Below are positions 19,214-27,973 of a stretch of DNA of 64,000 bases, piece after piece (position 1 is the stretch's first letter; each line of letters begins with the position of its first letter). The translations under genes were made by a program, and so were the position numbers. The stretch is from assembly GCA_963750735.1 (NCBI GenBank), contig CAVVRY010000013.1:1856-65855 (forward strand), written 5' to 3'. Below the pieces are notes generated by a model, which searched no databases, was not told the DNA's origin, and saw only the letters and a program-made list of their open reading frames with translations. Origin of the DNA: an uncultured Bacteroidales bacterium (GTDB lineage: Bacteria > Bacteroidota > Bacteroidia > Bacteroidales > VadinHA17).

Positions 19214-19678
19214 TTACAGGTCATAAAGCAAGTTTACATCTCTTGAAAAGTTCATTTCCTGTTGTTTTGTTTTTTTCATGAGTGCATAAAATATGTTGCT
19301 TACCTTGCTATTTGATTCTTCTTCAACAGCAAGTGCCTCATACACTTTAATAAGGCAATCATCAAGATGCATTGCTACTTCAACAATGTCATCAATTGAG
19401 TACTTTGGTTTATATTCAATTTTATCAAAGCACTTACAGATTTTTTTTGATAGGTGTTCATCTGGCAATTGCAGCCAACTTTGCATTAAAGATTCCGGCG
19501 TAATTTCTTTATACCTGATAATAAATTCTTCTCGAAGCTTCTCATGTCGACATAGATATTCAAGCAGCATAATAGCTTTTTGATTCTCAGCTTTACCTAT
19601 CAGACTGCAGTAAAATTCACTCAGACGCTTATGAAATGACCGGATTTGATCTAATATTTCACGCTCTTGCTTGTACAT
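19214..19678 (-). CDS. Uncharacterised all-helical protein, paralog 2
   Basis: 154-aa ORF. Paralog of 17552-18007 (see that entry). AGGAG lies before the ATG. Confidence 0.6.
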   Translation of the reverse strand: MYKQEREILDQIRSFHKRLSEFYCSLIGKAENQKAIMLLEYLCRHEKLREEFIIRYKEITPESLMQSWLQLPDEHLSKKICKCFDKIEYKPKYSIDDIVEVAMHLDDCLIKVYEALAVEEESNSKVSNIFYALMKKTKQQEMNFSRDVNLLYDL

Positions 19679-20276
19679 TTTATTCTCCTTTCCAATTTGG
19701 TTAATACTAATGCTATTTATTTTTAGTAAACTATTTTACAATTATTCAGTCACCCTGTTCCATTAATTTTCTTTCATTATAAAGTTATGACATTTATAAT
19801 TCCTAAATAATTAATAACTAGGTATATATGATAATTTTGTTCTTGAGATTTGTCATTTATTTTATTGACAAATCACAATTTTTTCTATGATTATATTCTA
19901 TACCATATTATATATGGAGCGTATTCCAATAATTATTGAACTAATTCTGCCAATTAAGATTAATACGGATATTGAAATAATTGATTTACAGGTTAGATTC
20001 AAGCTTATTTTTTAATCCTTGAATTCTTATAATTAAATTAGAGGTTTACTAGGTTTTTTAAGCCAAAACTGTCTAAAATGCTGCGAAGGAGGTCAGTAAA
20101 ATAAAAACAGGCCTTGTTCGCAGGCAAAATGGCCAAATTCTTGCTTTTTCCCCTGAAAAAGGACATTAATTCTGTATCTTAAATAAATCGTATTTTACCT
20201 TGTCTGAGGTAGAGATTATTTTATCAGAAAATTGTTTTTGAATCTATTATAAAAGCTAAAATCTGTTAATAAAATG

Positions 20277-20284
20277 TAGCTTTG
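20277..20284 (+). promoter_or_regulatory. Bacteroidota -7 promoter box candidate (TAGCTTTG)
   Basis: Exact match to TAnnTTTG, 16 nt upstream of the ATG at 20301. Same geometry as the box upstream of tex. Confidence 0.4.
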
Positions 20285-20300
20285 TGGAAAGAAGAAAAAT

Positions 20301-21150
20301 ATGCTTAATCTGGGACAAAAAAATAATCTAATAGCTTTTCGGACGCACGGAGAATGGAATTTACCTTGTGGATGAGGATTTAAATGAGGTTTTGTTGCCA
20401 AACAAATATATTCCTGAAGGTTTTGAACTGGATGACAAAATTGAAGTGTTTCTGTATAAGGATTCTGAAGACAGGATTATCGCCACCACACTTGTTCCAA
20501 AAATCAAACTTAACGGATATGCAGCTTTGGAAGCTAAAATGATTGGCCGGTTTGGTGCCTTTTTTGAATGGGGATTAGAGAAAGATCTGCTTGTTCCATA
20601 TGGTCAACAAGCTCAAAAAATAGAAGAAGGAAAGTCTTATGTAGTTTATTTATACCTGGATGAAGTATCACAGCGCCTTGTGGGGACAACAAAAATCAGT
20701 GGAACATTGGAAAAGGATTCGGTGGAGCTAAGTATTGGTGATAAAGTAGAAATGATTCCATATGAAGAAACGGATATAGGATTTAGTACAATTGTAAATG
20801 AGAAGTACCAGGGGATGTTGTTTAAGAATGAAATATTTGACACCATCAATATAGGAAATAGAATGACAGGCTATGTAAAAAAAATAAGAGATGATAACAA
20901 AGTAGACCTTAGTTTACAAAGATTCGGATACAGAGCTGTTGATGACAATGTAGAAAAGTTACATCAGATACTTTTAGACCACAATGGATATTTGGCCCTG
21001 AATGATAAAAGCTCACCCGAATCTATTTCTAAGCAATTGGGCATGAGTAAAAAGGTGTTTAAAAAGTCCGTAGGCGCCTTATATAAGCAAAAAAGAATAG
21101 AGATTACCGAAGATGGGATCAGGATAAAAGAAAATTCTGGAGGTGATTAA
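20301..21150 (+). CDS. cvfB: CvfB/YitL-family S1-like RNA-binding protein; reading frame broken near the N-terminus
   Basis: The 260-aa ORF from GTG 20368 has the ..VLLPNKYIPEG.. and S1-like repeats typical of CvfB. The expected N-terminus MLNLGQKNNLIAFR is encoded from ATG 20301 in another frame. The frames meet in CGGACGCACGG (about 20340-20350). Confidence 0.7.
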
Positions 21151-21183
21151 TTTTCTATCTCAGATTTGCAAGTCAGAAGCAGA

Positions 21184-21558
21184 CTATATATTCATTCCCA
21201 TCAACATACCACCTATATATGGGATTAGCCAAATAAGCCAGACAAGCAGGCTATATCGGTGAAACTTGTACCTGAGCTCTTTATTGTCCTTTTTTACAAC
21301 CCTGGTTGCCCAGATTGCATGAGCCAGCATTAGCCATAGTGCTATTTGCCCCGTTAAAGTGTGGGAGTCCAATAAATTGAAATTGTCTTTGGCCATCAAA
21401 TGCATAAGAAAGGTTCCGGCAACATCAAATGTAAATCCTATCCAAAACGTTATTACATGCCATGGTTTCAGGTAGCGGGCAATTCGCTCTGACCAAACAC
21501 CCAATGAGTAAAATACCAGAGCTAGAGTAATGAAAATAGTAGAAAGCACAAATAGCAT
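21184..21558 (-). CDS. Small 4-TM membrane protein (HsmA/TIGR03987-like, tentative)
   Basis: 124-aa ORF with four hydrophobic helices. The GVWSERIARYLKPWH motif is remembered from a conserved small membrane protein family. Confidence 0.6.
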   Translation of the reverse strand: MLFVLSTIFITLALVFYSLGVWSERIARYLKPWHVITFWIGFTFDVAGTFLMHLMAKDNFNLLDSHTLTGQIALWLMLAHAIWATRVVKKDNKELRYKFHRYSLLVWLIWLIPYIGGMLMGMNI

Positions 21559-21630
21559 TTAACAAATATAAGTTTATTTATTTATCAAAGGTGTTGCTCC
21601 TACCCTGCTCACAGAACCAAATAAGTAATT

Positions 21631-21673
21631 AATAAAAAATAGCAGGAGGCAACTTGTATAGCTTACCTCCTGC
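21631..21673 (-). terminator. Rho-independent terminator candidate (minus strand)
   Basis: 8-bp stem GCAGGAGG (21642-21649) / CCTCCTGC (21666-21673) with a 16-nt loop. On the minus strand it is followed by ATTTTTTATT. Confidence 0.5.
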
Positions 21674-22020
21674 CAACTTTCTCAACAAAGATTTATCAAT
21701 TATGGAGCAACTACAAACTCCAACTTACTTAACAAACTACTTTTTACCAACATTAACTCTTACTTTTTGGTCCTTCATTGAGAAAGATACTTTCCAGCAA
21801 ATTTCCATTTATAAATAAGTGAAACTGGAGCATTAAAATCTGAATTTTATTGATTCAAATTTTATATAAAAGTACACCTAAAAACAGGTGCTGCACAAGC
21901 CCCAAAAGTGGTAAAAAAGTGTAGTTTTTTATTGAGATAGATAATAAACCTTCCTAATGGATGATTTAATGATGCATAAAAGAAAAATTAACATGTTTTA
22001 TTGAGGATATTTTTTCAGAA

Positions 22021-22908
22021 TTAAAAAATAAAACTTGCTCCAAAGGAAGGTCCCCTAAAATTATAATCGACTATTATGTTAATATTGTTTTGAGGAAAGA
22101 AAACATTCACATCAAACTCTTTGTAACTAATATTTAATCCAAACCATCGTGTAATATTAAAAGTAGCCCCAGCTGTAAGATTGTACACTGACCCTCCAAA
22201 AGTTTCCGAATGCAATGAAAAGAATCCAATTTCACCGTATAGATTAAGCCATTTTGTCAATTCAAAGTTCATTACAAGCCCGAAATTTGGCAATGGGGCA
22301 GTAAAAGAAAATTCAGGATTATATAAATCAGGATCAGAAAGGACGCCTGAACTGAGACCCATAATAAATACATTAAAATAGGCGCCTAAAAAGGCTTTTG
22401 AATCATTAAATAATGAGAGTAGATATCCACTACTCCAAACCCTGGTATTAAAATACATTGTAGCATTTGTACCGGCAGGAATGGTATCATCTAAAAATAC
22501 ATACTCTTTATCAGTTGTGTAGGTATCAGACCTGTTTATTCCATAATACTGAAAATATACGCCACTTCGGGGGGTTATATGCCATATGAACGATGCATTA
22601 GCAAAGAATTTTGCATTCGGAAGACCCAGGTTGCTTTCCAGTCCAAGTTTCGCCGCAAAAATACTATTTGCAGTTTCAAAAGTTACTTCGGTATTGAGCT
22701 GAGCAAACACAGTACTAACATTTATCGCAAACCTCTCATGACTATTTTTTAATGCAAGTCTCGCTTCCTTTTTATTTTCTTTTCTAATTTCTTTTTTGCT
22801 AAGACTGTCAGTCTCTGTTCTGATCCCAGAAATACTGTCATTTTGTGCAAAAGCACTTAAACTAAATATAAAAAACAGAAACAAAGTAATTTGTAACAGT
22901 CTTAGCAT
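22021..22908 (-). CDS. Outer-membrane beta-barrel protein, unknown family
   Basis: 295 aa. Signal peptide, alternating-hydrophobicity strands and a C-terminal ..GASFIF with terminal Phe. Confidence 0.65.
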   Translation of the reverse strand: MLRLLQITLFLFFIFSLSAFAQNDSISGIRTETDSLSKKEIRKENKKEARLALKNSHERFAINVSTVFAQLNTEVTFETANSIFAAKLGLESNLGLPNAKFFANASFIWHITPRSGVYFQYYGINRSDTYTTDKEYVFLDDTIPAGTNATMYFNTRVWSSGYLLSLFNDSKAFLGAYFNVFIMGLSSGVLSDPDLYNPEFSFTAPLPNFGLVMNFELTKWLNLYGEIGFFSLHSETFGGSVYNLTAGATFNITRWFGLNISYKEFDVNVFFPQNNINIIVDYNFRGPSFGASFIF

Positions 22909-22989
22909 AGAAGGGTGTTTGAACTGGATATTGAAAATTTCATAATGTCTTTTCTTAACCTGCTTAAAAAATAAAAGTATTCAGTATAG

Positions 22990-23002
22990 TTGATAGTATC
23001 AA
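22990..23002. promoter_or_regulatory. Perfect 13-bp palindrome TTGATAGTATCAA in a promoter region
   Basis: 6-1-6 palindrome about 85 bp upstream of the start of the 22021-22908 gene. Two AACCAGATT direct repeats follow at 23029 and 23050. Confidence 0.3.
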
Positions 23003-23166
23003 ATTTAAAAAACTTTATTTAAAACTAAAAACCAGATTAGTCTACTTTTTAACCAGATTTAAAAATCAGGCAGATTATCCTCTGGAAATATATAAGCAAT
23101 AAATCAATATAATCAGATAAGGCAAATACGAATAAATAGCTATTCATATTTGCTTTTAAAATATTA

Positions 23167-23928
23167 CTATTTTGGGATATATGAGTATTGAGGAAGGTAC
23201 CAACCCTCAACGGTCTTAACTTTTCTGACTAGATCAAGCATGGCCATCCATAATGCAGCTCCTTCTTCACCAAGGGCTTTAATATTATCTTGCAGGTTAA
23301 GCTGGTAATCAAGCGGGCTTTCTGCCCAGGTAGTAAAGAGAATCACCGGCTGTTCAATACCTACAATGCCTTTAAACACCCTAAAACCATGTGGTGCAGC
23401 ACTATTTGTATATAGATTTTGCCATGCGGCCAGCATTAGCTCCACTTCACTTTCAGTGCCTGGTTTAAAATAATAATAGTTCCAACGGCGGTAAGGGGCT
23501 TCTTCTAACCATACTTTACCATCAGGCACATATGAAAGCTGCGGTTCGTATTTTAATACATAATAGTTAAAACTTTCAATACTTTCATTCAAGTCATTCC
23601 AGATCAGGTTAAAATCAGCGTACTCAGTCTTTTTATTTATAAATGCCTTTATTCCACCTTCTATTTCGTTTAGATTTTTTAGTACGGTTACATGTGAATA
23701 AGTATAGTCATCCTGCAACTGAGTAAGATAATTTACAGTTTTCACCTTGTTCTCATTTAAAAACAGGGTTAAATCCATCAAAGAGGCTTCGTATTCCGCA
23801 GTCATATAAGGCTTAACAAAATCTTCGCGGACGAGAAGAAAGTTCCAGTCCTTATCTGAAGTTTGTGAGAACGATTGATTGGACAAAATTGTAAGAAGTA
23901 CAATTATTAGAATTTTAAGTTTTTTCAT
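23167..23928 (-). CDS. Secreted hypothetical protein
   Basis: The internal start MKKLKILIIVLLTILSNQSFSQ (ATG at 23928) gives a signal peptide and avoids overlap with the upstream gene. 253 aa. Confidence 0.6.
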   Translation of the reverse strand: MKKLKILIIVLLTILSNQSFSQTSDKDWNFLLVREDFVKPYMTAEYEASLMDLTLFLNENKVKTVNYLTQLQDDYTYSHVTVLKNLNEIEGGIKAFINKKTEYADFNLIWNDLNESIESFNYYVLKYEPQLSYVPDGKVWLEEAPYRRWNYYYFKPGTESEVELMLAAWQNLYTNSAAPHGFRVFKGIVGIEQPVILFTTWAESPLDYQLNLQDNIKALGEEGAALWMAMLDLVRKVKTVEGWYLPQYSYIPK

Positions 23929-23950
23929 TTCATCAAGATTTTTAAGATTT

Positions 23951-24463
23951 CTATTTAACAGTATATCCTTTTCCTTCAAGACAAGCAGAAAAGGCCTTTT
24001 TAAATCCCTCAACAAGGTTTTGATTTTGTTGTGCTGCATCTGCATTGGCAGCTCCCTGTTCCATTGATTGGGCCATTCGGCCTCTTCTGCGCCCCATAAT
24101 TGCTCCACTTACTGCTCCTATTGCTGCTCCTTTTCCTGCATCGCCACAGATTGCTCCTATTGCTGCCCCTGCAGCGGCACCTCCGGCTGATCCACGAATA
24201 GCTGAACCATCCGGTCCTCTTTCAACCTGCTGCGCCTGCACGGTTGTTGGATTTATTGGATCATACCCCGATTGTTGCACAGCCCATGTATAACAATCTG
24301 ATTCATCTTTGTCCTGTTGTTCTGCTGTTTGGCTTTTAGCAGGAAATACATATACACCGACTTTTTTAGCCACAGCGGCTCCAGTAGACTGAGCATAAGA
24401 CTCTATTCCATAAATGGACATAATTAATATTGAGAATGCCATTAGAATTTTTCGTGTGTTCAT
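23951..24463 (-). CDS. Glycine-zipper (YMGG-like) envelope protein
   Basis: 170 aa. Signal peptide. Gly/Ala zipper GGAAAGAAIGAICGDAGKGAAIGAVSGAIMG. Confidence 0.7.
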   Translation of the reverse strand: MNTRKILMAFSILIMSIYGIESYAQSTGAAVAKKVGVYVFPAKSQTAEQQDKDESDCYTWAVQQSGYDPINPTTVQAQQVERGPDGSAIRGSAGGAAAGAAIGAICGDAGKGAAIGAVSGAIMGRRRGRMAQSMEQGAANADAAQQNQNLVEGFKKAFSACLEGKGYTVK

Positions 24464-24504
24464 TTTATTTAGTTTTAAAGATTACTTATTATGAAATTTG
24501 CCAT

Positions 24505-24711
24505 TTAATCAAAGCGATAAAGTTTTGGGTCCACCAGTTGAATCGCATTTTCCCAGATTTTAAACCCTTTTTCATCTATTACAATGACCCTGCTATTTTC
24601 TTCGTCAACAGATGCTACTGTTGCACTATTCCAATTGGTTTCATTGTTATCATAAACAATTAGCCTGGTACCTGGTTTTACCTCAATTTTCCTTAACAAG
24701 TCAATGATCAT
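24505..24711 (-). CDS. Small hypothetical protein (68 aa)
   Basis: An ORF within a same-strand gene string with short gaps. No recognisable motif. Confidence 0.4.
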   Translation of the reverse strand: MIIDLLRKIEVKPGTRLIVYDNNETNWNSATVASVDEENSRVIVIDEKGFKIWENAIQLVDPKLYRFD

Positions 24712-24784
24712 ACCTGCGAATTTTAGAAATAAATTTTTCTTACTATGAGTAAATTTCCTATTTAGTTACCGGAATACAGTAAAT

Positions 24785-25957
24785 TTACAATCCAGTTCCA
24801 ATTACAATATACCAGCCAAAATCATCGTTCGCCCAGGCTACATCAATTCCTACACGAACTCCAAAAACTTTCTTAAGCTCCCATCTGAATCCAGTTCCAT
24901 AATTGAATACCCATTGACCCTCAGCAAATTCTGAAAAGGAATTAAATGCCTTACCAGCTCCTGTATAAGCAACCAGAGCAAGATTTTTATAAAAATATCC
25001 TCTCAATTGAACTTCTGCCAACATGGCTTCATTACCCTGGTAGCGCATGGCAGGAGCACCTCTCAAAGCAACAAAGGGTTTCATATAGAAAGGAACATCG
25101 CCTGCAGAAAATTGTGCATCCACATGATAAATTGAAAACAACCATTTGGTAAATGGAACATATCCATAAAAATACACATCTGATAACATGAAATTCTGTG
25201 AGGCACCGAGCCAGGTGGCATTGTAGCTTAATGTAAAACCAGTTTTAAATCCCTTTTTTGGAGAAATAGTATTGTCTCTGTTGTCATAGTCTGCTATAAC
25301 CCCCAGTGCACTCAAATTGCTATGCACATCTATAGTATTTATTAATGAATCTAAATAAGGATGGTCTTGATCCTCAAGATTCAGGCTACTGTTTATACTT
25401 AAAAATCCATATTGGGGTCCAATAAAGAAATTAGATTTTTTCACCCTGAAGCTTGCACTATGAAAGGTTCCCCATCCTTTCAGATTTACTCCAAATGGAT
25501 TGTTTGACAGGTCAATATTTCCCAGCTGGTAGAAATTCAGGTTTACGTTGGCATATAGAATGCCTCCAAAATATCGAATGTCATCATTTTTAAATGACTG
25601 GGAATGGACCAATGCTAACGCCCATGACTTGGCACTCGTACCTCCCCCGGCCACTCCAGTTATAGTTGGTGGAGTATTCTTATTTACTGTTTTTTTATTG
25701 CTATGGATGTAACCAAGTGCAAGAATCCCACCATATCCAAGGTTTTTATCTGTAATAATGAAAGGTACAGGAATTATATGCCCGTTTGATTCTTTTTTTG
25801 TTGAATCTTTAACAGTTTTCCTACTCTTAGAAAAAGCATGCGCCTTTTTTGTGGCATCAGTTACATTCACATTTTGCCCAACGGAATCTGTAAATCCGAA
25901 CAGCAGAATTATAATAGTTAAAAAGAAGAAATGTGAACCGAATCTTTTTTGACACAT
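24785..25957 (-). CDS. Omp85/BamA-superfamily beta-barrel protein without obvious POTRA domains
   Basis: 390 aa with signal peptide. C-terminal region ..ALRGAPAMRYQG..E.R..GAGKAF..YGTGFRWE..VGIDVAW..WYIVIGTGL is typical of surface-antigen (D15) barrels. Confidence 0.55.
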   Translation of the reverse strand: MCQKRFGSHFFFLTIIILLFGFTDSVGQNVNVTDATKKAHAFSKSRKTVKDSTKKESNGHIIPVPFIITDKNLGYGGILALGYIHSNKKTVNKNTPPTITGVAGGGTSAKSWALALVHSQSFKNDDIRYFGGILYANVNLNFYQLGNIDLSNNPFGVNLKGWGTFHSASFRVKKSNFFIGPQYGFLSINSSLNLEDQDHPYLDSLINTIDVHSNLSALGVIADYDNRDNTISPKKGFKTGFTLSYNATWLGASQNFMLSDVYFYGYVPFTKWLFSIYHVDAQFSAGDVPFYMKPFVALRGAPAMRYQGNEAMLAEVQLRGYFYKNLALVAYTGAGKAFNSFSEFAEGQWVFNYGTGFRWELKKVFGVRVGIDVAWANDDFGWYIVIGTGL

Positions 25958-25985
25958 ATGCTTTTTCTTAAGTAGCTTTCCTTAA

Positions 25986-26564
25986 TTATTTTGCTGGTGC
26001 TACCGGATATTTTTTCATTAATGATTTTACTTTTTTAGGAATGGTTTTATCCCTTTTTGAGGCATTTTTTTGCACAACACTTTGAGAAACACCCTGCCAT
26101 TGTAGTTTTTTCGTTGTAGCGTCGTAAGCATCCACCACAAGGGTTCCCTCCTGGTAATCATCTTCTGAGTATGTGGTGGTGGAAGAACCCATTCCAACAG
26201 CGCCTACTCCCATGCCCCAGCCTAATCCAGCCCGCATACCTACACCGCCTGTATAATCAGTATAAGCAGTAGTGCTGGTTTTATTATCAATTACAAGGTA
26301 TAGCGTAACAACCAAATCAGCATTGTCTTTTACTAAAGTTAAATTTCTGCTTTTAAACTCGGCTACAAAAGCGTCGAGTAGTCTTTTACTATCAAGATCA
26401 TTTAGTAGTTTGCCACTGTCTTTCTGCCAACCTGCAAAACTGTAGGTTTTAAACTTGGTAAAATCTACTGACTTATCATAGTCAGCTGTTACCTGCGAGA
26501 ACCCATTCATACTTACCAGAATCAGGAAGATGAGAATCATTGATAATTTACTTGATGTTTTCAT
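25986..26564 (-). CDS. DUF4136-like secreted protein
   Basis: 192 aa with signal peptide. N-terminal ADYDKSVDFTKFKTYSF signature as I remember it for DUF4136. Confidence 0.55.
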   Translation of the reverse strand: MKTSSKLSMILIFLILVSMNGFSQVTADYDKSVDFTKFKTYSFAGWQKDSGKLLNDLDSKRLLDAFVAEFKSRNLTLVKDNADLVVTLYLVIDNKTSTTAYTDYTGGVGMRAGLGWGMGVGAVGMGSSTTTYSEDDYQEGTLVVDAYDATTKKLQWQGVSQSVVQKNASKRDKTIPKKVKSLMKKYPVAPAK

Positions 26565-26606
26565 AATGTAAAATTAAATTGGTTAATAAATATATAAGAT
26601 AACTGT

Positions 26607-27893
26607 TTAAAAATCATAGTACAGCAATATGGATACACGACTAGAACCTCCTTTGTCACCTCCTTTGTCAAAACGTTGCCCGTATGCAATTTCAGCCCCC
26701 AAGCGCGCACCTTCAACTGGTTGCCAGAACGCATTTGCCAGCAGGGAATAGCTCCAATTATAAGCATCATCGGGTTGGTAATCTCTGTTTTGAATTGAAG
26801 CAATTCCGGCAGAAATTGAGGAGTCGATATTATGTGGCCATTTTCGACTATAGGATACATATCCCGAAGTTGAAACGGCAGCTTTAAATTTTTGGGTGTC
26901 GGGATTAAAGCTCGCGTCCTGAAAATTTCCGCTAAAAACATTTAGAAAGTGAGAAATTGCCCGGCCAGTAGTAAAAGAAAAAAGAAAATTCTCCTTTTCA
27001 CTGATTTCAAGCTTTCCTGAAAGCGATCCACCTATGCCAAAAGAATAATTAATATTTCCTTCAGTATTTTTACCCGACATGGTGGTAACCACACCAGAAA
27101 ATTGAAGTGATAATGAACCAGTCTTGTAAGTAAACCGACCAGTAAAGTCAGGTATCACCTGAAGGAGATTTCCCTCAATTGAGTCTGGAATCTCAAGATC
27201 GGGGGTGGAATATTCTATAGCAGCTGAAAACCCCAAAATTTTTTTAATCGAGGCGTAATACCTTATTTGAGGAGTACGTTGGGTTGCTGAACCAGGGACA
27301 CCATTACTGCTTACGGTAGCTGGAACAAAGCTAACATTGCTAAATAGAGACCAGGTTTGACCAATCAGTAACCTCTTCGTTTGCCCATAAGCATGCCTGA
27401 TTCTTAATGTATGTGACGATCCATTAAAATCAGTTTCTAGGCGAATAAACATATCACCAATCTTCTTTGTACGTCGTGTAACCTCAAAACCAATTCTAGA
27501 TTGAGAAAGGTTGGCATAGAAATTAGGTGCAGATCCTGTAACATCTGTAGGAATATCATAGGGATTAAAACTGGTTTTATTTTCCATTTCCTGGTCGCTG
27601 TAATTTAACAATGCACGAACCGATCCTAAAATCCTCATCTGCATCAGCTTATCAGGTGAAAGTATGAATAATCCCCTGTCACTGCCTATATCAAGGGGGC
27701 TCACTTCTTTGTGAATTTCTACAGAATCACCAGTTAGTTGGGAATTAAGTATTTTGCTTGAGCCTATTTTTACTTTCGCAGTATCCTTTTTCTCTATTTC
27801 CTGAGCAAATGCATGAATGGTATTTCCATTAAAAATTAAGATGGTTAAAAGGCTAATTAAATAAATTATAAGTTTTATTCGTGTTGGATACAT
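26607..27893 (-). CDS. Porin-like outer-membrane beta-barrel protein
   Basis: ATG at 27893 gives MYPTRIKLIIYLISLLTILIF..AFAQ (signal peptide). The track's TTG at 27938 overlaps the predicted -7 box. C-terminal ..ILLYYDF with terminal Phe. Confidence 0.65.
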   Translation of the reverse strand: MYPTRIKLIIYLISLLTILIFNGNTIHAFAQEIEKKDTAKVKIGSSKILNSQLTGDSVEIHKEVSPLDIGSDRGLFILSPDKLMQMRILGSVRALLNYSDQEMENKTSFNPYDIPTDVTGSAPNFYANLSQSRIGFEVTRRTKKIGDMFIRLETDFNGSSHTLRIRHAYGQTKRLLIGQTWSLFSNVSFVPATVSSNGVPGSATQRTPQIRYYASIKKILGFSAAIEYSTPDLEIPDSIEGNLLQVIPDFTGRFTYKTGSLSLQFSGVVTTMSGKNTEGNINYSFGIGGSLSGKLEISEKENFLFSFTTGRAISHFLNVFSGNFQDASFNPDTQKFKAAVSTSGYVSYSRKWPHNIDSSISAGIASIQNRDYQPDDAYNWSYSLLANAFWQPVEGARLGAEIAYGQRFDKGGDKGGSSRVSILLYYDF

Positions 27894-27973
27894 GTTTACC
27901 TTAACGCCACTTAATACTGCACAATAACTACTATACAAATATCCTGCTTTATAAAAGATTTTTAATTACCCTA

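Noticed and set aside
21702-21818. 38-aa ORF (MEQLQTPTYLTNYFLPTLTLTFWSFIEKDTFQQISIYK) in the long intergenic gap
   Set aside because: It has no promoter or RBS-like context and no recognisable features, and it lies on the strand opposite the terminator found there.
23929-24108. N-terminal 60-aa extension of ORF 23167-24108
   Set aside because: It overlaps the 3' end of the Gly-zipper gene. The internal ATG at 23928 yields a canonical signal peptide.
24045-24293. Ala/Pro-rich 82-aa plus-strand ORF
   Set aside because: It is the reverse-complement shadow of the Gly/Ala zipper coding region.
26561-26941. 126-aa minus-strand ORF overlapping the porin 3' end
   Set aside because: It is out of frame and lies almost entirely within the much longer porin ORF. 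It has no independent signals.
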